From an uncultured Gemmatimonadales bacterium (GTDB lineage Bacteria; Gemmatimonadota; Glassbacteria; GWA2-58-10): a DNA stretch of 64,000 nt. This document shows, one piece after another, positions 8,754-17,794 of the stretch. Position numbers and translations under genes: made by a program. Under the pieces are notes generated by a model. That model saw only the letters and a program-made list of their open reading frames with translations, ran no database searches and was not told where the DNA came from. The first letter of the stretch is position 1. The number at the start of each line of letters is the position of its first letter. The stretch spans positions 1,041 to 65,040 of the forward strand of contig CAYYNT010000014.1 of assembly GCA_964473155.1 (NCBI GenBank). Direction: 5' to 3'.

Positions 8754-9848
8754 ATGTTCCGTCTGGCAATCTCCAACCTGTTCCAGCGCAAGATGAGAAG
8801 CGCGATCAGCGTGCTGGCCCTGGCCGTGGGCATCAGCCTGTTCATAGTCCTCTGGGGGCTGGTTAACGGCGTGTTGAACGAGTTCACCGAACGAATCCGC
8901 GGCATCGGAGCCGACATCACGGTCATCCGCACTGGCAGCAACCCGCTGCTGTTCGGCTCGGGAGTGCTCCCCTACAAGCTTGGAGACCAGCTCTCCACCA
9001 TCGAGGGAGTAAAGACAGTCAGCCCGGTGCTGATCTGGAAAGCCACGATCGGCAGCGCACCTTACAACATTTTCGGTATCGAGCCGCAGAAATTCAGCGA
9101 CCTGGGCGGCCAGCTCGTGTTCCTTGAAGGACGGATGCTCCAGGCGCCGGACGAGATGTTCATCGACAGCCGGATCGCTGCGCTGGAGCGCCTTTCAGTG
9201 GGCGACAGCCTGGAACTGCTCGGCCGTCATTTCAAAATTGTCGGGATCGTGCAACCGGGTGTGGGGACCCGTATTTTCCTGCCCTACCAGACCCTGGCCG
9301 AGCTTACCAGCCAGCCGGACCGGGTCAGCCTTTTCTTTGTCACCGCGCGCTCTCCCGAGCTGGTGGAAAAGGTATCGGCGCAGATCATCCGCGACATCAA
9401 GGGCGTCGAGACCCAGTTCATGTCGAACATCGCCGCTTCAATGGGCAAGTATATCGAGGCGCTCAACCAGTTCATCCGCGCGATCAACTACACCGCCCTG
9501 GTGATCAGCGCCCTGGTGATCCTGCTCTCGATGTACACCACGGTGGTCGAGCGCACTCGGGAGATAGGCATTCTGAAATCCCTGGGCGCTTCAAGGGGTT
9601 ACATACTCTCCACAATCATGACCGAGGCGCTCGTTCTCTCCCTGCTGGGCAGTCTGGCAGGAATAGCCCTGGCCGTGCTCAGCCGTAACGCCATCGAATG
9701 GAAGTTCCAGCTCATTACGGTGGAAATATCCGGCAGCCTGCTGATCAACAGCGTGGTTTTAGGCGTGCTGGTCGGCGCGTTGGGAGCGCTATACCCGGCG
9801 CTCTGGGCCTCGCGCCAGGACCCGATCAAGGCTCTGGTATACGAGTGA
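8754..9848 (+). CDS. ABC transporter permease, MacB/FtsX/LolE family
   Basis: One N-terminal TM, periplasmic domain, VVERTREIGILKSLGA, C-terminal YPALWASRQDPIKAL. Confidence 0.92.
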   Translation: MFRLAISNLFQRKMRSAISVLALAVGISLFIVLWGLVNGVLNEFTERIRGIGADITVIRTGSNPLLFGSGVLPYKLGDQLSTIEGVKTVSPVLIWKATIGSAPYNIFGIEPQKFSDLGGQLVFLEGRMLQAPDEMFIDSRIAALERLSVGDSLELLGRHFKIVGIVQPGVGTRIFLPYQTLAELTSQPDRVSLFFVTARSPELVEKVSAQIIRDIKGVETQFMSNIAASMGKYIEALNQFIRAINYTALVISALVILLSMYTTVVERTREIGILKSLGASRGYILSTIMTEALVLSLLGSLAGIALAVLSRNAIEWKFQLITVEISGSLLINSVVLGVLVGALGALYPALWASRQDPIKALVYE

Positions 9849-9888
9849 CGCCGCCGTCGCTTCAATTTGCCGGTAATTAGTTAAAAAT

Positions 9889-10017
9889 GGGGCTGTCCCA
9901 AAAGTTCCCGATTTTACTCTATGCAAATTGTTGCTATATATAACCAATTGAAATAATAGCAGTTCCGTAGAGGTACGGCGCGCCGTGCCCCACATTTGAG
10001 ATTTTTGGGACAGCCCC
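9889..10017. mobile_element. 129-bp MITE-like element, copy 2, with perfect 15-bp terminal inverted repeats
   Basis: ggggctgtcccaaaa (9889-9903) / ttttgggacagcccc (10003-10017); AT-rich non-coding interior; REP-like hairpin gtagaggtacggcgcgccgtgccccac (9967-9993). No target-site duplication seen. Confidence 0.7.
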
Positions 10018-10078
10018 CTATATCTTTTAAGGCTTTTGTGTTGATCTCAGGCAGTTAGTTCTTTCCGCAAACTCCGGC

Positions 10079-10339
10079 CTACATCCCCGTCATCAGCCGC
10101 ACCAGGACAGAGCGCAGAAGGTTCAGCACCAGGAAGGCCACGATCGGAGAAAAATCAATGCCGCCGATAGAAGGGATTATCGCGCGGAAAGGCTCCAGGA
10201 AAGGATCAGTTAAGCGCAGAAGAAGCCGCACCCAGGGGTTGTAGTAGTTGACCCGGAACCAGGAAAGCGCCACCCGAACAAGCAGAAGATAGCCATAGGC
10301 AGTCAAAAGAGTGTTGACCAACGGAATTAATTTGAGCAT
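10079..10339 (-). CDS. yggT: YggT family membrane protein
   Basis: LSWFRVNYYNPWVRLLLRLTDPFLEPFRAIIPSIGGIDFSPIVAF. Confidence 0.93.
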   Translation of the reverse strand: MLKLIPLVNTLLTAYGYLLLVRVALSWFRVNYYNPWVRLLLRLTDPFLEPFRAIIPSIGGIDFSPIVAFLVLNLLRSVLVRLMTGM

Positions 10340-10479
10340 ACAGTTCTCCCCCAGTCCGGTTTATCTTCAAGTCTCAGCTCAATTCACCGATAATATATAT
10401 ACGCCTGCATAATCCCGGCAGGCATGAACAGAAAGCGGCATGGAATGCCGCGGGCACTTATATCATCATGGAGGATGAT

Positions 10480-10719
10480 ATGATCCGCAAAAATTTCCTC
10501 TTTGTCCGTCCCAAGGCGGTGCAACCCGCCGGACGGCCTGGCGCGGACCTGATAACTCCGCTGCCTCCAATCCCCAACGGCCAGCCATCTGAACGCCAGG
10601 AACCGGTGGAAATCCGCACCCCGCTGGTCGAAGAGCAGGAAACAACGCGCCATCTGGGCGGAAAGCGCCGCCGTCTGTCCCTGGGCGACCTGGGCAAAGC
10701 GGCCGGGTTCCTTCTCTGA
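10480..10719 (+). pseudogene. Short Pro-rich ORF, possibly a degenerate XRE-type HTH regulator
   Basis: GGAGG RBS before ATG 10480; ends RRRLSLGDLGKAAGFLL*, and another frame continues LSPARLSL, loosely HTH-like. Confidence 0.25.
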
Positions 10720-11067
10720 GTCCGGCCCGTCTATCCCTTCAGAGCAAGCCGGGCGCTATCAGCCATAAATCAAACATGGCTCTGAATATTGTGACCGACT
10801 GATAACTATAGTCAGGCAATGGTTATCAGTCTGCGCGCCTCCAGATTCATGGTTATGACGACAGCGGAGCAAGAAGTCCTGATGCCTGCCACTTGTGAAT
10901 CGGAATACATTATCAGAGATATAAAGCGGAAAACTCAAGAGGCAGGATTCTGTCCACCCCTGGAACTGTGAACAGAAAAAACAGTTGCTTTAAACAAAAT
11001 ATGCTTGTTACTTTTCAACGTCAACTTTCCAATATCTCCTGACGTTATACACCAAAAGGAATCTGAC

Positions 11068-12252
11068 ATGCGCGCGAGAGAGATTAAACCTGGAATAGAA
11101 GCCATCTGCTGCCCCCACTGGGAACGGCGGCTTTTTGATTCGCTGATTCCGCTGCCGGACGGAACAAGTTACAATGCCTATCTGGTCCGCGGCCAACAGG
11201 CAACCGCGCTGATCGACACTGCCGATCCCGCTTTGCAGAAAGAGTTGCTGGAGCAGTTGGGTTCGGTGGGTCAGATAGATTATGTGATTTCACAGCATTC
11301 GGAGCAGGATCATTCCGGCGCCCTTCCGGTTGTGCTCGACCGTTTCCCTTCCGCAAAACTGCTTTGCAGCGAAAAAGCCCGCGATATGCTGATAAGCCAT
11401 CTGGTCATTCCCGCGGAGCGTATACAGGTTGTGGCTGACGGCGAACAGGTTCCGCTCGGCGGAAAAACCCTTCAGTTTGTCTATACGCCGTGGGTCCACT
11501 GGCCGGAAACCATGTGCACCTATGTGCCCGAGGACAAATGCCTGTTTTCCTGCGACTTTTTCGGCTCGCATCTGGCGACGACGGACCTGTTCGTAACTGA
11601 TCCGGCAAAGGTTTATGAAGCCGCCAAACGCTATTATGCGGAAATCATGATGCCGTTCCGAAGGATCATCACCATCAATCTGGACAAGCTCTCCGGACTT
11701 GATTTCGATATGATTGCGCCAAGTCACGGACCGGTTTATGACAAACCGGATTTCATTCTCGATGCTTACCGCGACTGGGTATCGCCAAACATGAAGAATG
11801 AAGTGGTTCTGCCCTACATCAGCATGCATGGCTCGACGGAAATGATGGCCAAATATCTGATTTCAGCGCTGGACGCCAAAGGCGTCTCCGTACAGCCGTT
11901 TGATCTGGCGGTGACGGACATCGGCAAACTGGCCATCGCGCTGGTCGATGCCGCCACGCTGATAGTCGGCGGCCCGACAGTCCATGTCGCCTCCCATCCG
12001 GCGATCCATTACGCCGCTCATCTCGCCAACGTGCTGAAACCCAAACTCAAATACGCCGCCATTTTCGGGTCGTACGGCTGGGGCAGCAAAGCGGTCGAGC
12101 AAATCGCCGGGTTGATCCCGAACCTTAAAGTTGAAGTGCTCGCAACTATAATGCAGAAAGGGCTGCCGGACGCGACAACTTACGCGCAACTCGACGAACT
12201 CGCGGCGGCGGTGGCCAAGAAACATGCTGAAAACCCGAATGTGCTTACATAA
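11068..12252 (+). CDS. fprA: FprA family flavodiiron protein (O2/NO reductase)
   Basis: GTSYNAYLV, HSEQDHSG, HWPE, FSCDFFGSH, IAPSHGPV and flavodoxin motifs SMHGSTE and FGSYGWG. ATG 11068 with AAGGA RBS. Confidence 0.95.
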   Translation: MRAREIKPGIEAICCPHWERRLFDSLIPLPDGTSYNAYLVRGQQATALIDTADPALQKELLEQLGSVGQIDYVISQHSEQDHSGALPVVLDRFPSAKLLCSEKARDMLISHLVIPAERIQVVADGEQVPLGGKTLQFVYTPWVHWPETMCTYVPEDKCLFSCDFFGSHLATTDLFVTDPAKVYEAAKRYYAEIMMPFRRIITINLDKLSGLDFDMIAPSHGPVYDKPDFILDAYRDWVSPNMKNEVVLPYISMHGSTEMMAKYLISALDAKGVSVQPFDLAVTDIGKLAIALVDAATLIVGGPTVHVASHPAIHYAAHLANVLKPKLKYAAIFGSYGWGSKAVEQIAGLIPNLKVEVLATIMQKGLPDATTYAQLDELAAAVAKKHAENPNVLT

Positions 12253-12588
12253 AAATAACAGTACAGGAGAAAGGAATCAGGGCGGTGTAAAACGGCGCCC
12301 AGATTGCATAATACAAGACGAGGCATAAACCGCCATTGCGGTCAACGGCCCTGATAAATTTCAAGAAAACAGATGCCTCATCGGCCAGAATAGTCGAAAA
12401 TTTCGGGCAGACAGGGAAATGTTCCTTGATACGCTGAAAACGAGATTCGGCGCAGGCAACCCGATGGCGGCCGTAATGTTCGCAGGCCATAAACCATAAC
12501 GGAAATTAGGTCTGTAGCAGAATTAAAGCAGAAGTTGAAGCGGAGTCATGCGCCAGGCAGGTTTCTTTACGGAAACAGGTCCGCAAGC

Positions 12589-13419
12589 TCAAGACTTTCG
12601 TTTCAACCGGGGATCGAGCCAGTCCCGCAGGCCGTCTCCCGCCATGTTGAATCCCAGGACAGTCAGCAGGATCGCCAAGCCCGGGAAGATGCAGACCCAG
12701 GGACGGCTGGTCAGGTAGTACTGGCCCTCGGTTATCATTGCGCCCCAGCTCGGCTGCGGCGGCTGCGCGCCAAGCCCGAGGAAACTGAGCCAGGCCTCTG
12801 TCAGAATGTTGGAGGCCACCCCCAGGGTGAGCGCCACGCTCAACGCGCCCACGGTGTTCGGCAGTATATGCCGCAGAAGGATGCCCGCCGGGCTGACCCC
12901 CACGGCCCGTGCGGCCAGGATATAGTCGCGTTCCTTGATCGAAAGCACCTCGGCCCGCACCAGTCGCGCAATCCCTCCCCAGCCGACCAGCCCCAGGACC
13001 AGGAATATTTTGGTTACGGTGGGGTCCTCGAATATCGCCATCACCGCAAGAGCGAACAGCGCGGTCGGGAACGCCAGGACAATATCGGTCAGACGCATCA
13101 GGACATCATCCAGCCAGCCGCCCCGGTAGCCCGCCAGAGCACCCACGGCCACGCCGAAAACGCCCGATATGATTACGGCTATCAGACCGATCGCCAGCGA
13201 TATGCGCCCGCCGTGCAGCACCCGGCTGAGCACGTCCCGCCCCAGGTAATCCGTCCCGAAAGGATGGGCAACGCTGGGCGCGGCCATCACCTGTTCGATG
13301 TCAACGCGGAACGGATCGTAGGGGGCCAGCCAGTCCGCGCCCAGGGCTGACAAAACGAGCAGCGCGGCGATAAGCAGGCCGAAACGCAGGCTCCAGGGTT
13401 TCCCGGCGCGTCCTTTCAT
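12589..13419 (-). CDS. Peptide/nickel ABC transporter permease, DppC/OppC type
   Basis: HPFGTDYLGRDVLSR, EAWLSFLGLG, GDGLRDWLDPR. Confidence 0.95.
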   Translation of the reverse strand: MKGRAGKPWSLRFGLLIAALLVLSALGADWLAPYDPFRVDIEQVMAAPSVAHPFGTDYLGRDVLSRVLHGGRISLAIGLIAVIISGVFGVAVGALAGYRGGWLDDVLMRLTDIVLAFPTALFALAVMAIFEDPTVTKIFLVLGLVGWGGIARLVRAEVLSIKERDYILAARAVGVSPAGILLRHILPNTVGALSVALTLGVASNILTEAWLSFLGLGAQPPQPSWGAMITEGQYYLTSRPWVCIFPGLAILLTVLGFNMAGDGLRDWLDPRLKRKS

Positions 13420-14369
13420 CTTGAGGCCTCCCGCTCAGGCTCGGCAGTAATCCGAATCCGCGGATCGATCCAGGCGTAAAGAAGGTCGATCAGGAGGTTC
13501 GAGACGACGAACAGGAAGGCCAGAAGAATCACTCCGCCCTCGACCACCGGCAGGTCACGCACCAGGATCGCGTCATAGATAGCCCGTCCCACGCCCGGCC
13601 AGGCGAAGACTGTCTCGGTGGCCACGGAGCCGCCCAGAAGCGAGGCCAGGTTCGCGCCAACCACCGTGACCAGGGGAATGGCCGCCCCGCGCATGGCATG
13701 CCGCCAGAGGATGCGGCTCTCGGTCAGGCCGCGCGCTCGCGCCGCCAGGACGAAATCCGAGCGCAGCACCTCCAGCAGCCCGGCCCGCGTGATCCTGGCG
13801 AAATAGCCCGTGCTTATCGCGCTCAGACTGAGGGCCGGCAGGACCAGATAGCGCAGAGACCCGTCACCATACCCGCCGACAGGCAGCCAGCCCAGGACCC
13901 CCGCGAACACCACGATAAGCATCATCCCGAGCCAGAACACAGGGGTGGAAATGCCGCCGAGGCTCAACAGCATTACCACGAAATCCGCGGCCCGGCCGTG
14001 GTTCACGGCAGCCAGCACTCCCGCTCCCACGCCGAGAACCAGCGCTATAGCCACCGCGGCAAGGGCCAGGCGCAGCGTGGCGGGAAACCTTTCGGCCAGA
14101 ACCTGGCTCACGGGCCGCCGCTGACGGTAGGAATAGCCGAGGTCGCCTCGCGCCAGACCGGCCAGGAACATCCCGTAGCGGATATGGAGAGGGCGGTCCA
14201 GGCCCATGTTCCGGCGCAAAGAGGCCAGGGTCTGCTCATCCGCGTGCTGGCCCGCCATCAGCCGCGCCGGATCGCCCGGGACCACATACATCAGGATGAA
14301 CACCAGGCTGGCGATGCCCCAGAGCACAGGGATCAGACTGAGCAACCGCCGCCATAGAAAACGTATCAT
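13416..14369 (-). CDS. Peptide/nickel ABC transporter permease, DppB/OppB type
   Basis: VPGDPAR, GDLGYSYR, ARARGL, TETVFAWPGVG, DLLYAWIDPRIR; ATG 14369 overlaps the dppA stop. Confidence 0.95.
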   Translation of the reverse strand: MIRFLWRRLLSLIPVLWGIASLVFILMYVVPGDPARLMAGQHADEQTLASLRRNMGLDRPLHIRYGMFLAGLARGDLGYSYRQRRPVSQVLAERFPATLRLALAAVAIALVLGVGAGVLAAVNHGRAADFVVMLLSLGGISTPVFWLGMMLIVVFAGVLGWLPVGGYGDGSLRYLVLPALSLSAISTGYFARITRAGLLEVLRSDFVLAARARGLTESRILWRHAMRGAAIPLVTVVGANLASLLGGSVATETVFAWPGVGRAIYDAILVRDLPVVEGGVILLAFLFVVSNLLIDLLYAWIDPRIRITAEPEREASR

Positions 14370-15982
14370 CTTGTCCCCACCTCTGCCACGGCCGCCCGGA
14401 GACGCCACAGCTCGGTGGCCCAGATGCCGGCCGCCGGATATTTCAGTCCGGACCAGCGGGAACCGGTCAGGGCCACCTGACCGGGATGATAGGTGAAAAT
14501 CCAAGGCGCGTCGTCAACTATCAGCTTCCCTGCCTCGCGGTAAATGGCAGCCCTCTGTTCCTGGCCGGTGGATCTGAGCGCCAGATCAAGAAGGCTGTCC
14601 ACCGGCTGGCTGGCATAGCGGGTGTAATTACCCGCGTCCCCCCAGTTCGAGCTGTGAAACAGCGTATAAAGGAAATTGTGGGCATCCGGGAAATCGCCGA
14701 CCCAGCTTCCCCTGAACATCTCCGGCTCCCCGGCCCGGACCGCGGCCAGGAACGCCGCCCACTCCAGGGTTTTCAGGCGCACTGTCACCCCGATCTCGCT
14801 CAGACAGGCCTGGATAAACTCGCAGACCCGGCGGTCCTGCGGATCGTTATTGTACAGCAGAGTGATTTCCGGCAGGCCGCGACCTTCAGGATATCCGGCC
14901 TCGGCCAGCATACTCCGCGCGCGCTCCAGGCTGAAAGGATAACCCGCGGCTTTATCGTCATAACCGGGCAGGCCAGGCGGAAGAGGTCCGCATGAGACTG
15001 CATCCACGCCCTCGCCAAGCACCTCAGTAATCGCCCGCTTGTTGACCGCGTAATTGAAAGCCAGCCTGAGAGAACGGTTGCTTTTAAACGGCTCCCGGCT
15101 CAGGTTGAAACCGATATAGCGCACCGACAGACCCGGCCAGATATGCAGCCGCGCGCCGAAACGCCGCCGGACCAGTTCCGCCTGTCCCGGCGGGAGCTGT
15201 TCCAGAAGGTCCAGTTCGCCCGCGGCGAATTTTTCCAGCGCCACGGACACGCTCGGGACCACCGTGAATTCGAGGTTTTGAATATCCGGCATTCCGGGAG
15301 CGTATGACTCGAACCGCTCCAGTCGAACCCAGTTGTCGTGCTGCCAGCCGGAGAAACGGAACGGACCGCTGCCCACAGGGGCCTGCCCGAAAGCCTCCTC
15401 ACCCTCACGCTCCACCTCCTCCCGCGGCACGATGCTCGCCCCGGTCATGGTGAGCTGCGCCAGAAAAGGCGCCCAGGGGCGCTCGAGGCGCAGGACCAGG
15501 GTGCTGTCATCCTCCACCTCTATCCCCTCCACGCTGACAGCCGCGCCCGCGCGAAAGCGTTCCGCCCCGCGCAGCGGAGCCAGTATCCAGGGGCGCTCGC
15601 TGGCCGAACGCGGATCGAGCATCCGCTCAAACGAATAGCGCACATCGGCGGCCACGACCGGACGCCTGTTGTGGAAAATCATATCGGTGCGAAGATGAAA
15701 GCGGAAGGCCAGTCCCAGAGAGTCAAGCGGCTCCCAGCGACTTGCCAGGCAGGGGACCACCTCTCCAGATTCCGGTTCGAGCCTTACCAGCGGATCGAAA
15801 AGATTGTTCACCACGGTCTGGGAAACCAGGTCAACGCTGTGAATGGGATCGAGCGACACCGGATCGGCGGGGATACGGAAACGGAACATGCCAGGCCCGG
15901 CGGCGTCTTCTCGCCGGGCGCAGGATGGGAAAAAAGCCGCAGACAATACGGCGCAAACCAATGTCAGATAGTAAAATTTCAT
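14366..15982 (-). CDS. Peptide ABC transporter substrate-binding lipoprotein, DppA/OppA type
   Basis: Signal/lipobox ...FFPSC, SLDP, PVGSGPFRF, RLAFNYAVNK family-5 SBP motifs. Confidence 0.93.
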   Translation of the reverse strand: MKFYYLTLVCAVLSAAFFPSCARREDAAGPGMFRFRIPADPVSLDPIHSVDLVSQTVVNNLFDPLVRLEPESGEVVPCLASRWEPLDSLGLAFRFHLRTDMIFHNRRPVVAADVRYSFERMLDPRSASERPWILAPLRGAERFRAGAAVSVEGIEVEDDSTLVLRLERPWAPFLAQLTMTGASIVPREEVEREGEEAFGQAPVGSGPFRFSGWQHDNWVRLERFESYAPGMPDIQNLEFTVVPSVSVALEKFAAGELDLLEQLPPGQAELVRRRFGARLHIWPGLSVRYIGFNLSREPFKSNRSLRLAFNYAVNKRAITEVLGEGVDAVSCGPLPPGLPGYDDKAAGYPFSLERARSMLAEAGYPEGRGLPEITLLYNNDPQDRRVCEFIQACLSEIGVTVRLKTLEWAAFLAAVRAGEPEMFRGSWVGDFPDAHNFLYTLFHSSNWGDAGNYTRYASQPVDSLLDLALRSTGQEQRAAIYREAGKLIVDDAPWIFTYHPGQVALTGSRWSGLKYPAAGIWATELWRLRAAVAEVGTR

Positions 15983-16034
15983 CGGGCTGTTCCGGGAGCG
16001 TTTCCACATCGCGCGGCAGACTGCGCCCATGCTC

Positions 16035-16760
16035 TCAGCGCCCGGCTGAGTCCAGGGCGCCTGGCGGCAGCGACCAGACGCCGCTGCTGTCCTTGTCGAA
16101 AAAACCCGCGGCCAGGACGCTGTCCCCGGCGGCCAGGACATAATCCGTAGTATCGTGGGGCACGTAATTGGGACTGCCCATAAAATTTATCCCGACCAGT
16201 TGCTCCGGCGTGGCGGCGGTATAAATCAGAAAATACTGGGTCCTGTTTTCAGGATTGGGGGCAAGGAAAATCAGCCGCCAGTCCCTCACGGCGATCACGG
16301 AACCATCCGCGCGGCAGGGATATCCATCGCGGAAGCGGATTGGCAGCTTGTCTTCAGTTTTGTTCAAAATGAGATTGTGCTCCAGTGGCCCGTACAGGAG
16401 CAGCGATTTCCTTCTCATGGTCCGGGCGCTCACCTTTTTGTCCGCCCGGACCGGGATATCCGCAGATAGTTTTTCCCCAAGACGGACGGCGACGCGGCGG
16501 GTGTAGTTTTCCACCACGCTGTCCGCAGCGTTTCCGCCTGTCGGAAAGACCAGGAGCATGTTAGTGTATTTTTTCCGGAAAAAATCGTCGATCGGTCCGC
16601 CGAGCCTTTGCCCCTCGTACATCTTGGGATAAAACTTAAGGAAAATAAACATCAACATCACCACAACAAGGCCATAACGCACGGTTGGACTGCCGCCGAA
16701 GAAAGTGCGTCTTGGCTTTCTAATCTTCTCCTGGTCAAACCATTCCAACTTGTCCGGCAT
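16035..16760 (-). CDS. Hypothetical membrane-anchored protein
   Basis: One TM (YGLVVVMLMFIFLKF); LLYGPLEHNLIL...LPIRF and APNPENRTQY motifs; tight spacing in the gene run. Start uncertain. Confidence 0.7.
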   Translation of the reverse strand: MPDKLEWFDQEKIRKPRRTFFGGSPTVRYGLVVVMLMFIFLKFYPKMYEGQRLGGPIDDFFRKKYTNMLLVFPTGGNAADSVVENYTRRVAVRLGEKLSADIPVRADKKVSARTMRRKSLLLYGPLEHNLILNKTEDKLPIRFRDGYPCRADGSVIAVRDWRLIFLAPNPENRTQYFLIYTAATPEQLVGINFMGSPNYVPHDTTDYVLAAGDSVLAAGFFDKDSSGVWSLPPGALDSAGR

Positions 16761-16776
16761 AACGCGCCACCCTGTG

Positions 16777-17748
16777 TCAGATTCTTCCCAGAGCAGCCAG
16801 TTTTTCCTGAACCTTTCCAAGATAATCGTTCACCCGCTCCGCATCCTGAAGCCCCAGGGCGCCGAGCATGACCTTACCCGCCTGCATGACCACAACTTTC
16901 TCGTAATACGGGTCTTTGGCCGAGAACCAGGCCACCTCGTCCTGGCTGTGGTCTTCCAGATCTTTGGCGTATTTGGTCATGAAGGTCTTATAAGATTCGT
17001 AGCTTTTCTGAGCCTCATCCACCGAATCGTGCAGGATGAAAAACAACTTGTACTCGGTATCACCGTCCTTGTACTCTGCGGTGAAACCATTTTTCAGGTC
17101 ACTCTGTCCCAGGACATCGCGCGCCAGGTAACGCACGGTGTTGGGGATCTCATTCTCAGGCGGGAAAGCCTCCAGCTCCGGCGGAATGACCGCCTGCCCG
17201 CCAATGTTGGCCCTTGCAGCTTCAGCCAGCTTGCGCAAGGCCGGTTCCACCTCGCCGCCTTCCTTGAACGAGGTCACTTTCACGTAGTAGGCTCCCTGCC
17301 AGAAATGCAGGGCGTTGCCGGTAAAATAACCCTGGCAGCCGATCTGGTTGTACTGGGCTTCGTAGGGACGCTCAGAGGAGTAAATGCCGAAACCGCAAAG
17401 TTCATCCGCCATGCGGTAGACATCCACGACAGCCTGAAGGCCGTCCGGTCCCTGGTAGTCGGCGGTGGCCACTTCCTGGAAGTTATAGATCAGGTATCCC
17501 TCAGCCCCGCCGTTTATGTATTCCCAGAGGTTATCGGCGTTGAATACGCGCGGTTCACCGCTGCGTGTCCAGCCCTCGGCTGCCTGGCCGGACGGCAGGA
17601 TCGAAAGGGCCGCGCCGCCTCCGGCCGCCGACCCGGCAGCGGTTTCTTCCTGCTTGTTCTTTGCGCCACCGCAACCGGCGGTGATTACAGCCGCAACGAC
17701 CAGAAGGGCCGGAAGAAAGGAACCCTTCGCAGAACTGATATTCATCAT
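16777..17748 (-). CDS. DUF6599-like lipoprotein
   Basis: Lipobox ITAGC; FNADNLWEYINGGAEGY and VYRMADELCGFGIYS resemble DUF6599 as recalled. Confidence 0.72.
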   Translation of the reverse strand: MMNISSAKGSFLPALLVVAAVITAGCGGAKNKQEETAAGSAAGGGAALSILPSGQAAEGWTRSGEPRVFNADNLWEYINGGAEGYLIYNFQEVATADYQGPDGLQAVVDVYRMADELCGFGIYSSERPYEAQYNQIGCQGYFTGNALHFWQGAYYVKVTSFKEGGEVEPALRKLAEAARANIGGQAVIPPELEAFPPENEIPNTVRYLARDVLGQSDLKNGFTAEYKDGDTEYKLFFILHDSVDEAQKSYESYKTFMTKYAKDLEDHSQDEVAWFSAKDPYYEKVVVMQAGKVMLGALGLQDAERVNDYLGKVQEKLAALGRI

Positions 17749-17794
17749 GATCTCAGCGCTCCTCAAGTTTTATGATATATAGTTTTCAGTATCC

